The notes under the pieces: model-generated
Told to the model about the DNA's origin: nothing
The model's database searches: none
The model's input: the letters and a program-made list of their open reading frames with translations, nothing else
Translations under genes and position numbers: made by a program
Shown here: piece after piece, positions 1-17,800 of the stretch
Layout of the letters: every line of letters begins with the position of its first letter
Position numbering within the stretch: the stretch's first letter is position 1
Assembly: GCA_000708835.1 (NCBI GenBank)
Contig: DF237251.1
Span: 1 to 64,000 of the forward strand
DNA: 64,000 nucleotides
Source of the DNA: Klebsormidium nitens
Taxonomy: Eukaryota; Plantae; Klebsormidiophyceae
Direction: 5' to 3'

Positions 1-740
1 ATAGGCCCGCAGTCCGCTGTTATTTTGCTTGCCGTCGAGGCTGAGTCTGGTCGAGAAGGTCAAAATGCGTGCACGTATGGCCAAAAACTGCGCATACGTA
101 ACTGGCCCTACGCAGCATACGTGTGCGAGGCGCACATTCTTGCCCTCAAAATGTCCCACTCGGGAACAGACCCCGATCGGACAGACCCCGTAGCGGAATT
201 TTAAGGCCACCGGCAGAGACGGAAGGGGAACACGTGGCACCCTGAGATTGGCAGATTTTATGCCGGATTTCAGATGGTTAGTTGGGCCGCGGCGGCGACG
301 GCCGTCGCAGCGACAAAGATCGAGGTGAAGTCTGCAGATCAGTGCATGATCGAAGAACAAGCGGTGTTCTTCCCTTCCTCTTCCCTTCACAGCTTCAGAC
401 AGTCAGTTCTCGCACTTTGTGTGGCAGAACGGAGGGCCGCAGCCTCAGGAACGGAGCCTGCGGATCTTCTCTAGCTAACTGTATTTGGACGCGGCCGCTC
501 TGTTTTTGTCATCTAGTCGCAGCTTTGTAGCCTGCCTCTCCTTGGACTTGAGAGACACAAAAGGTAGCAAACGGCAGAGGCGCCTTCCGGGCGTTCATCG
601 GTTGTGTTCCTTGGCAGAGCGCGCACAGTTCTGGTTGAAAAACAATCTCTGGGGCATGTGTCCCAGAAGCTGCTGCAGCTTTTTAGTTTGATAGCAGTTC
701 CACAACTGACTAGAGTGTGCGCTCCACAAGAACCACGGTC

Positions 741-7003
<6,263 letters not shown>

Positions 7004-7755
7004 TGGTCAGGGTATGGGGAGTGTCTGTAGTGATTGACAAATCGAAGCTGCGCAATTGTATTTTGATCTCGCAATAAACAACAAAGTCACATAGCCAACT
7101 GGTCTTTACAAGCACGGACATGCAATGTTGGCACCCCGCGGATCAGTGGTCACCCAAGGCAGGCTGCCTCGGTGGCTACCCGGCGGCGGGCGATCCTGCT
7201 TGGGCCAGCCCAACCGTGACCGTGCTACAGAAGCTCATCAATCTGCCATTTCTGATCGAGATTGAGAAATGTGTGATTGATTGTTGAATCGCACATGCAT
7301 GTCCCCACATGGTAAATGTCATGTGCAAAGCCACATGGGTTGCCTAGCCAGGCTTGGCATGCCAGAGCTCATGTGCACTTGCCATGCAATTTGCGGCTGG
7401 AACCTGGACAATTCGCGCGCGGCCTTTGATTGCGCATATACTGGCTATGCATAACATTCATTCGTGGGCCTCCAATGTTGCATACACTATGTGTCGCGGC
7501 TGCCAGCTTGAATTCAATTAATGTAGCACGTAATAAAGCTCTATTATCTTTCAGCATTTGGTTTGTCATCCCCATGAAATCTGCTGCAGCAGACAATCAA
7601 TGATGTTCACGTGTAGTACATTTCAGGTAGTAGGACTCTGAAGATACACCTATATCTCGATTGTTGGCTCGCAGGTTGAATCCTGATTTCGTGACGTTCA
7701 AGTGCATTGAAGAGGAAAAGCAACACTAATGAGCGGCACACTTCACTGCAGTTCC

Positions 7756-7805
7756 TCAGGCCAGATGGTTTGAATGTACATCAGGCCAGATGGTTTGAAT
7801 GTACA
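7756..7805. repeat. Exact 25 bp tandem duplication
   Basis: TCAGGCCAGATGGTTTGAATGTACA occurs at 7756-7780 and 7781-7805. Confidence 0.95.
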
Positions 7806-7903
7806 GTCAATCTGCAACATTGAATGGCCGTGCAGATATCGCGTCACTGCTACCGTTGGCCGCGCCCCTTGTGCAAGGGCTCTCATACGTGACATCTTCG
7901 AAG

Positions 7904-10900
7904 TCAAGCTTCCTGCCCTTCTTCCTCAAGAAAAGCGGCTCTTAGTTTTGCTTCTAAGCGCTGCCCCGGAAACCCAACCGATCGCAACTCGGTCGTATAA
8001 GCAGCGATTTCGTCTGGAGTAGACTGCAACCAGCTGTCCCCGTGCAAACGCTGTGGCGCCATATCCTACATCAGAGGAGGAAGGAAGGCGGTAAGGTCTT
8101 GGAAGTGCAACCCTGAGATTAATCGTGCTTCATATACCAAGCATCAAGCTGTAAACAACCATTCCTGGTATGTAGACCTTGCAGAGCAAGGTCGGCAGTC
8201 GGACAGGTGCCCGGGCTGCTACCGTAGTACCTAGCGGTAAGGGAGCAAAAAGAGGCTACTTTCGCGCTCATTAGGTCCACATCGAGGGAGCCCGCAGCGA
8301 ACGCGTTTGAGGCTTCCCTTCTCTTCCAATCAGGAAACCCGCATAGCTTTCACCGTGGAGTCAGAAAGACGTGGAACGTATTGCGTCACGTTCACCCCCT
8401 GACAGCTATTCCGTACTCCTCGTGATTGCACCGTCAGAGGATGTCTTCAATGTGCTCCACCCGCTCCAAATTCTGAGCACCGCGTTTTCTGAAGGTATAC
8501 AGCACGGCTGCTCGTTTTTGAAGAAATCGGATAAAATGCTAGGGAAGAAGGTGCTACCTGGGTCATCAAAAGTTCGTCAGCCCCGGCCAGCTTCCAGTAG
8601 TGCACGCCCCGAGGCTCCCCCCCCAGCGGCGGAAGGCGCATCTCGCGGCACTCGACCCCTTCCGGGCAGCCACTCGCAGGGCGCTTGGTTGCAGCTACCG
8701 CGGCGGCGAGCTTCGCAGCCTGCTCGCGCACAACCGCTACGATCCTCTCCTCCGCGGAAGGGGAGAGCGGGGTGCGCTCGCCCTTCAAGCCCAGCAGCTG
8801 GGCCATCTGGACACAGAAAGAGGTCCAGCATGTCTGAGGGCCGTTAGAGGTTGGGCCGAACAACAGGGGCAGAAGGAAGAGCAGTCGACTTCATTCTAAG
8901 TGTCTCGCGGCAGGCCTCCGTCGAGGCCGGTCAGCGTTCTTCCAAACAAGTGCGAAGAAACACGGATAGCGGCTCGGGTAGTTGTCTTTCTTCTTCGTCA
9001 TGTTCTTCAGCGGTAACCCCGGAAGCCAGAGCAGCGTCTCGAGAATGGCCAGTGAAGCTACTGCAAACGTGCGAACCCGTGATTGGAACCAAGGGCGGCA
9101 GTACAGCGATTGACGCCGCTGTACAAAAGCGAAAGAAGCTATTCAGCGCTATTCCTGGTCGCGGTCGAGCGTATCAGCATGTCGCTTACGTTCACCAATT
9201 CGATTAGCCTCGACGTCAATGCACTTTCCAAGCGGGTCGGAATCGTGAACAAGAATTTCCTCCTTTTCGTTTCACAAGCTCTTCGTTTATTGGCCCCAAG
9301 CCCGGCCGTTCCTACCTCTACTTCCCGCAGCTTGGCCCGCGCTTCCTTGGCCTCCTCCCGCGCCGTCGTCACGTCCTTCCGCTGCCGTCGCGCGGCTTCT
9401 TCCGCGGCGGTAAGGGCGGATTCCATGACAGCGCGCACCGCGGCCGTCTCGAGGGCGTCGTCGCACAGCAGCTTCAGCAGGAACACCCGGTCGGCAGGAC
9501 TGCAGATGTTTGGAGGAGGGCTAAGTCGGCTGTAAAGTGGGCGTCGGTATTGGACGGACGTCACCCGTATGGTGGACGGGTCAGGACCTTGACGGTCAGT
9601 ATTTCGCACGGCAACTTGATGAAGGTCTCAGTATTTTAAGAGCTGAGAAGGACGTGCCCAAAAGAGAAAGATGCGAGCGGATCAGAAGTCCAGGTTTACT
9701 CTCGCGGACTCTAGCGAATCCAAAATATCCGAAGCGCCGTCACAGCTGTCTCTTGAAGCATCCGCTCGAAGCCACTGGGACGAGATCTGCAGGTTCTTCT
9801 TCACCTACCAAGTTCGCAGGAACCAATCTTAGCAACTAATGAGGTCGGAAACGGCGATGACAGGACGAACGTGTCTCCCCACCGTCCGCCTGAGTCGCGG
9901 CACGTTCAAAGGATTAGGCCAGTCGAACGACTACAAAGCCGCGGTTCGAAATGGACGAGACCGCGTCCCTGAAACGTTGGGACAAGAGGCGGACATTCGA
10001 ACGGACGGCAACCCACGTGTGTGGGGAGCCACTCAACGCAGACATGTGGAATTCGAAGCAAGCACGGATGGAATCGTCCACCAAATTCGCACTTCCTGCG
10101 TCCAAACGAACCAGTGTTAGCGAGAGACAACGCCACTTTGAAGAACAAAAGTGCTCGGCCCTGTTTCCAGTCTTGGCTCACCTGAGCTGCATGTATCCCG
10201 TCTTCTGATCCGCCAGTGCCTCCAAGATCCGCACCCCCTCGCTCAGTCCATTCACCGCCGTATCCCCTTCCTCCTCGCTTCTTCCAACTGACTTTACATC
10301 CGACTCCCTCCTCGATTTCTGCACACTCCCACACTTCCTGTCCGGCGTCTCTTCCACGACTGGCTCCTTCTCATTTGGGCTCTGCTGGCGGGCTTCCAGT
10401 TGTCGCTCGAGAATGTGGTGCATGAGGGGGTGAGCGTTTACGTGGTCGTGCAGGGCGGGCAGCCACCGTGAGGCGCTCACGGGCGCCTGGCCCCGCTCTA
10501 CGAGCACCAGAGACAGCAGCCGAGCTTGGACCTGCAAAAGAAAACGCCGAGGGCTCGTTTTAGCGGTGCACCTCTGAGTTTCATTTAATTCGTTTGTTAA
10601 GGAGATCACACAAGGTGTTTTGTGCTGCCGCTTTCGGCTCCTATATTTCTCAAGGCAGAAACAGGTTCAGCACACGACAATGCAATATTCATTCGTTCCG
10701 CATACGATCAGACAAATCTTCCAGCACCATTCCACGATGTTCCATTAGCCTGCGATTGACAGAAGTCCGCACAACATAACTTTTCGCCCAATTAGTATGA
10801 ACCCCACGTAAGAGGACCCCCGTGCCAACAAAGTCGACAGCTAGGGCCTGAACCAATGCCCGCTGAGTTTTGCACTTATCTGACGGACCATCGCTCATCT

Positions 10901-13800
10901 TACTCATCTCAGGTTTCCGACAACCGAGAAGCGATCTGAATCAGACTGCTTGATACGTTTCTTCTACGTCAATTAGAGCCGACTACAAAAAGGGCCTCGA
11001 CTGACCTGTCCGAGCATGCAGCGGTCCCCTCGGGGCAGCTTTTCCGCTTCGAGCAGCTCGTGCAACAGCTTGCTTTCTGACAGGTGCGGAATGTCGATCG
11101 CCTCCGTGAATGTTGCCAGAAACTCCAGGATCTGCAATACGTCGCCCACAAGTGCAGCAGGGACGGGCACTCCGTGGAGCGTCTCGACAGGAGACGAGGT
11201 GGGGCGAGGCAGCCTGCCAAGGAAGAAGGGCAGGAGAGTTGAGCACTTTCGGGGATTCTTTTCCGTGAAAGAAAGAGTATTCTGAGAGACAAGCACGAAG
11301 ACTGAAAGCTGCACCGCTCAAGATAAACCAGCTTTTTGGTCGTCTGTCGAATGTGGACTTAGGACAGGGAGTAGCAAAGGGCCATGTGCCTGGACACTTA
11401 GCAGCATATCCCTCGGTTAATAAAAGGAAGATGGAACGACACGTACAATCTGATCAAACACGTTCTAACAAGATCTTTGCCAAGGGAATAGTTCTAGAGT
11501 CGTTGTCAAGTACGTCCTTTGAGAGCTTCCTGCCAGCAGAATAGGGCACCGCTAGAGGCACAAAGGGACCGCAATTGGAAACAGTGCATATGTGGGGGGC
11601 TCACTGCGTCACAGCCTCGACGGGGAGCACCGCCTTCCTCTTTCTCTTCTTTTTCTCCACCACTCCTGCATCGACCTTGGGGGCCACCTCAGGGGACGCC
11701 TGCCGTTCTCCTTTCTCGCCATCTGAGCCGCTACCCAGTTCCGCCAACCGCTGAGCTTCGGCCTGCTGTTTGGGAGGGGTTAGGCCAAGCCCGGGTGCTT
11801 TTAGCCTCTTCGTTGGGGGAGTGAGAGGCTCCGGAGTTTCGGGGACTGTCTCCGACACAAGATAAGGCAGAGCCAAGGCAGCCTCCGCAGCGGGGCTGGC
11901 TGTCGATGACTTGCGCCGATTTGAGTTTGGCGTCCTGGCACCGGCTGTGTGAGAAGAGTGGGCTTTGGTGTTGGTCGCATCGAGTGTCCTCGCCTTGGGA
12001 GGGTTTTTTGCCGGGGTGGATACGGAAGGGCGACCGGCATGCGGCATCTCTGCAGGACAACAAGGACGGTGGTGTTACTAGACTGGTGACGAAATACCGA
12101 TTACTGTCAGAAATCAGAGCGTTACGGTTTCCTTCTGTCTTGCAACGATTTGGATGCTGAACATCTCTCCCGGCCAGAGGATACGCATCAATTAAGATTG
12201 ATGTTCGTATGTTGGTCCTCGTAGCTTGGAGGCAAATGCCTGTCTTTGTGTACTCACCAGCAGAGTTGGGGCTCGTTTGTTTGAGAATCCGCTCGGAAGA
12301 AGATGGCTGAGTTGCCTGCAAAGCCAGAAATGACAGGTCCCTATGAGCATTGTCTTCATTCCACCAATTGATATACATGTAGGGGCCAAACATTGCCAAT
12401 GATTTGCAGATGCCCCTCTCTCCAATGCAGGAGCCTAAAGTCCTATCAAACCGCTCAACCAGAAGCAGGAACGACTTGCCCAAGGAAGGGTATTTGGTCA
12501 CCTTTGGGGCGATCTTCAAAAGAGCGGCAACCGAGACAAACCCCTGGGCCTTTGCGACGTGCGCCAGGATGCCCGTGGCTTGCAGGCCCTTCTTCTTCCG
12601 GCAGTTGCTGCAGTTGCACAAGCCCCGGCAAAACGGGCATGCCCAGGACTCCAATTGGGTCACATCCTCCACCTTCTCTCCATACCTGCAAGATTAAGTA
12701 TTGCGGGATAGACTCACTAAGGCTCTGGCATGGGGGGATGGAACAAAATACACCAAAAAGTGCCAAGTGAAGGTTTTGATTGGTTGCGGCGAGTTTCGGA
12801 ACGCGGGCTCACCTAGAAGGTCCAAATCATTGAGCTCAAATCACAATGTGCAGGCCAGTACAGATGTAGAGACCAATGGCTCTGGAATTTCAGTTACTTA
12901 GAGTTAGAGCTTGATTTCGACGATGCGAACAATGTATCAGACGGCTGCGAAGTCCAGAGCACAGCCTTATCCGCTTTAGTACAAGGAATAAAGGTGGTGA
13001 AAGAGAAGCCTACCTGTTAAAGAGGCACTTGCTGCAGAAGCCCCGCTTGCACTTCGAGTTGCTCTGCTTGCAAACCGCGGTCAGCTCCAAAGTCTTCTGC
13101 CTGCATTTCAGGGCCAAATACTTGAGCTAACTTCATTGATGTTTGCATCAAGATCTGGGAAAACCCTTTATGCTGTCACAGGCATGATGGCACTCCATCA
13201 TCAGGTGGCTTTGGGGCAGCTAACATAACCTGAGACGAGGGGGTTTAACGTTATTTGAGGTTGCAGGCATCATGCTGATCCACCTCACTGAAGCTCCAAC
13301 TGCATTCAAACAACCGCCCACCTGCATTGATGACAAGTGGTGCCGTTCTCGCTGTCGTAAACCTTGCCTCCGACAACACGAACTCCTGGATTTGACCGCC
13401 TAGCCTTCTTCGATGCCTCAGGTTCTTTCCCCGCCGAGCACTCCTTCCTTTTCAGACTCTTGAGCAGTGTCTTGGCAGTAGCATTCTCTGCCGGACCGAG
13501 AGACGTCCTCACGGATCCAACCTTCCGAACCTTGGTCTGAATGGGCACGTCGCTTCCCTGGCTCAGAGCATTTGAGAAGGACAGATCTTGCTTCACTGCA
13601 TCTTGTAGTTGTGGGTGAGTGCCCTCATTCTTGAAGCCCTTCCTTACACTAGTTGGGCTTTGGGCCATCCCCTCCCCCTGCCCTGTCATGGTCCTCTCGC
13701 TGTCGCTCACGGCTTTGTCTCTAGTCATTCTAGAAGGGGTCGACCGCAGAACCCTTGAGCTCATGGCAGGACCGCTGCTTCCTGCCTCAGGTGGAGCCAT
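7904..13800 (-). CDS. CDCA7: CDCA7-like zf-4CXXC_R1 protein with DDT and WHIM motifs (plant class II type; 10 exons, about 801 aa)
   Basis: Exons 13800-13322, 13100-13014, 12685-12502, 12315-12258, 12049-11605, 11213-11006, 10531-10182, 9499-9316, 8806-8558, 8065-7904; phases are consistent. Spliced finger: TCHQCRQKTLELTAVCKQSNSKCKRGFCSKCLFNRYGEKVEDVTQLESWACPFCRGLCNCSNCRKKKG. DDT-like VGDVLQILEFLATF, WHIM1-like ADRVFLLKLLCDDALET, WSD-like PLGGEPRGVHYWKL...LMTQD...WLQSTPDEI. Confidence 0.9.
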
Positions 13801-14181
13801 GGCACGTTGTGCGCCACCTTGTCTTGCTTGGCAAGATGGGGCTCACCTCCAAAAACTCTCAACTTCAAAAAAGCTGATTCAACGCCAATACACGCAGCAC
13901 AACAGCTGCGTCACATGATGCGTGACCTATCTTCACGGTAGAACGTGCGAGATACGTACCTATGTACATTTGGGTGCGACCATCTTCTCTGCAAGATTTT
14001 GCCGAATTGCAATTGATCATCGTCCACGTCGGAGTCGGACAATGGGCCCGCATTGCAAACTTCAGGGAGACGCACTGCTGCACCTCAGGCTTGCGGCGCT
14101 GCGCCCATGTTTGTATTGTACGCGCACTTTTGGATGGACAGATGCCGTCCGCATTCAAATCGACGGCTGCAGATTCGGAGA

Positions 14182-14192
14182 TTTGGCGGGAA
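14182..14192. promoter_or_regulatory. Overlapping two-strand E2F-type site in a divergent promoter
   Basis: TTTGGCGGGAA reads TTTGGCGG (WTTSSCSS) on the + strand and TTCCCGCC on the - strand. It lies between the CDCA7-like ATG (13800, -) and the SNI1-like ATG (14877, +). Confidence 0.5.
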
Positions 14193-14876
14193 GCGCAGCG
14201 AGGGGTATGAACTCCCCAGACGGACTTCAGCCTGCCTGGCCCTGTGCCTGTGACGGCTGCCTGTCCATCATGGTGCCAGCGTGTCTTTTGATCAGTCGAA
14301 GAAACGTTTCTCTTTCACCAACCGCAGTGTCGATTCATGCGGCATCATGCCACAGCTACCTACTCAACTGCAGGTCCTTTGCAGAGCACAAGTGCACGTC
14401 CCGGATTGCGGTAGCTGCCTGGACTAGCGCCAGCGCCCTACAAATGCAACGTTTATATTGCAGAGTTTTTGTCCTCATCAACAGCTTGTGATTGGCAAGG
14501 CTATCGGTTGTTCCATGCTTCAGCGAGAGTCGTGGAACCCCCAAGCTGGGCATTGAGCCCCAATTGTGGTATCGTGACCCTAAATAACAGTTTCTGCAAG
14601 TGCTGTGACGCCAAGTTGTGCAAGGACCATGTCAAAACGGAGCAGGACAAGCAAAGCTGAGGGACCGAATGTGAGCTCTGCTTTGCCTGCTCTTTCCTCC
14701 TCTGGTTGATTAGGTTGCACCATTGGTTAAGGTTTCGTAACGTTTCCATTGCACATATAAGATTTGAGCACCAACTCTTGGCCAGTAAAGTATATAATGA
14801 AGTGCTTGATGGGCACTTGCCTGATCATCTGCTGTACTGTCCTTCAATGCTGCAGGGAGGCCAGGATATCACCCAA

Positions 14877-17800
14877 ATGTGGGCGAAAGCAAAGCAGAAA
14901 AAGGAAAGCGCAGAGGCCACGGAGGAGGTGGTCAAGGCCGTCAGAGAGATCGAGCGCGATAATAGCCATGTGATCAAACAGTTCCACGAGAATACATTTA
15001 CGGCCTTCACGGAAGCTCAGAAGGGCGGGGATGTTGAAGACATTCAGGAGGACCAGCACAAGCTGGTGGACGCCATATCATCCCTTGCGCAACAAGAGGG
15101 AGGAGGTCTACCATCTAAGTAAGACGACGCACCTTGAATATTGATCGATGCTGACGAAGCCGCTTGCATATGTGAAGGTTTGTGCTTCTTGTAATCTCTG
15201 CTTTGTGTTTGCAAAGTATCCAGACGCACTTCCACCTCTGAAGGACGCTGTACGGTGTCTGCTGCAGGAAGCTCTTCACAAGTATCCTGCTCAGTATTAC
15301 TGAGAACCGCTCTGCAAAGCTGTCGGTACGCGCATATGAGTTACTAAAGAAGCTTCAGCAGAAGTTCCCTGCCACAATGGTGTTGCCAGGGGACAAGCTT
15401 GGCCAGAAACTCCCATACCTACAAGTTGACAAGGAGGTAAGCAGCCTCTTTCTTCTCATGCACGCTAACGAGGATAGCTTTTCGGTCACAGAACTTTGAA
15501 AAGATCGGAACGCTAATCTTGCCTTGATTACAGAGTCACTTGTACACATTAGCGCCTTTGCTTTCGGGCATGCCATTCACAATCATCTCCAATTCTGCCA
15601 GGTTTGGACTCCGCTTGATGCCCTTCCTGGATCGACACCACTGCGGGGAACAGCTGCTGCAGCCAGTGCACTTCCACTGCCAAGGGCAGGCGCAAGGCCG
15701 CGGCTGAATGCTGATGGAACAGTAGGCCGACCAGGGGTAAGTTTAAACATTGAAGATCCTTAGCACTCTGCTGTCGAGATCTCCCTTGTGACATCAATCG
15801 AGCAATCATAGCTTCCCCACAAATACAGAATTCCGCGCTAGCATGATTTTGGCTCCGGTTGTCTTGTGCAGGACTTGTTTGAGGTGCTGGATCATATCGT
15901 GGAGGACCTCAAGGGTGACAGTGAAGCCCTTGCCTTTGATGCTGCTCCAAGCCAGAGGAGCCGCAAGACAAAGAAACAGACTGATGGCGCTGAGTTGGAC
16001 GAGGCTGGCAAACACCAGGCCCGGCTTGAAGCTACTGAGGCACTTGCTGTACAGGTGATTTATCTGTGCAATGAAGTTGGCTCTTAGCCTTATGATAGGT
16101 TTCTTCCAGCATGAGATGACTATCCACTCTTGTTTAAGGCCAGCGAATTGGGGCCTAGTATCATGATACAAATTTATTAAAAGCAGGCTTGGAGACCACG
16201 ATCCTGTCATCCTGGATCCACCGGAAGCTCACAGCCAATCAAACATCTGTTTTTTGGTCAAAGAGACCAAACGATAGCACTTGGCAGCACTTGATGAACA
16301 AGTTTTCTGCTGACTTGGACACAGATCCTTCAGGTTCCTTGTACTGAAATCGAGCGACCTGTGCTTGTACTTGCAGAAGCTGGGAAGCTGCTTGATGTTC
16401 AAGTATCTCGTGGCACTCCTCTATGACGACCTTAGCTGCAGATTGGCTGTGTACAGAGGTGAGTTTGGATAGCGGGGGAGCCTACACAAATGGCGTGTGC
16501 TTGTGAGCCTATTGCACAATGAATCTTGCTTTCTGAACTGAATCGAGATTCTGCATGTGATGGGACATTCGCAACTCGAACAGGCAAGGATATGTGATAC
16601 ATTCTCTTTTTGCAACATCTGAGATAAGATGACCTTGGTACCCAAAGCTGTGCCATGGACTCTGCTGACCTCAAGTACCGGAATCTCCCTATTTTTGATA
16701 ACTTTAAGCTTAAGCGAGTCTGCTTCAACATGTTGTAACCGTTCACTCGCCTTCCTGTCATGCAGCACACGACTGTGGAACCGACCTCGCGATCCTTGTC
16801 AACTCCATGCTGTACCGCTTGTTGATTGAGGTAAAACATCATACCTGCATCCGCGCTCTCTGTCAGCACGGATCAATCTCAGGAAAACATGCCAAAATTG
16901 GTGGCAATATGAGACTGGTTAAGAGTTGTTAAAGACTCGGGTCTCATTGAAGACTGTGACGAGGACTTTTCGGAAAAGGTCAGGTGCAAGTACTTCTGTG
17001 TCTGTTATCTTCAAGCGATGCTGTTTTCACTGGAAATGTACTTTTGCTTCCAGCGGAGGACCAAACCACAGCGCGACCAAGTTTGGAGCTGCGTATTTGC
17101 CATCATCAAAGCAGGGGTGCTCGAGCGGGCAGAGGAAGTGCCTGCGCCAAGCACAGCTCCGACCAAGAGCGAGGGCACTGACGACATGGAAATCGATGCA
17201 AAGACCGAAGAAGCCTCTGGGGTAAGTTGATTGCAGACGACATACAAAAGCGCTGGCAGTCGGACTTTAGGGGCTTTCTTGCTAGTGGCCATCTTTAACT
17301 TATAACACAAAGGTAAACCTCCAAAGAGAGTCTTGACAAAGTTCCTCTGACCTGCAGGTAACAGCATTCGACATCGCAGAAGGTGCTAATTTGCTTGTTT
17401 TCAGGAGTTTGATTCCACGGAAACGCTGCCAGAGTTTCTGACGCAATCCTTCCAAGTCGCAGACTCCAACTGCGAAGAAGGGCAAGACGAAGAAGGGCAA
17501 GGGCCGGCGTTCGAGCACGGCCACGGTCAGCCAGCGAGGAGAGGAGGCTACCTTCAGCAAAGCGAGCCAGGTCGAGGTCGAGGTTGAGACGCCTTTCGAT
17601 GCTGCGCTCCAAAAGCGGCGGGACGATACGGCAGCAGAGCACGGGCTGAGCTGCTCCCGGCAGGACTTGTGCACCACAGCCCAGACCTTGCTGGCGTCGG
17701 TAAGGGCATAACGAGCATTCCGCTGGTGGTTGGCGTTGCTCCAGAATGTGAAACGGAAGAAACAGAGAGGAAGTTTGTCTGTCTCTGAAAAGCGCATCTC

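Noticed and set aside
8447-8557. CDCA7-like gene ending at the ORF-track stop at 8447
   Set aside because: A better terminal exon at 8065-7904 has a pyrimidine-rich acceptor, continues LMTQ-D in phase and carries a WHIM3-like W...EI motif.
11731-12672. 313 aa ORF as a single-exon gene
   Set aside because: Only the first ~57 aa are coding (exon 12685-12502); the rest reads through introns and another frame of the CDCA7-like gene.
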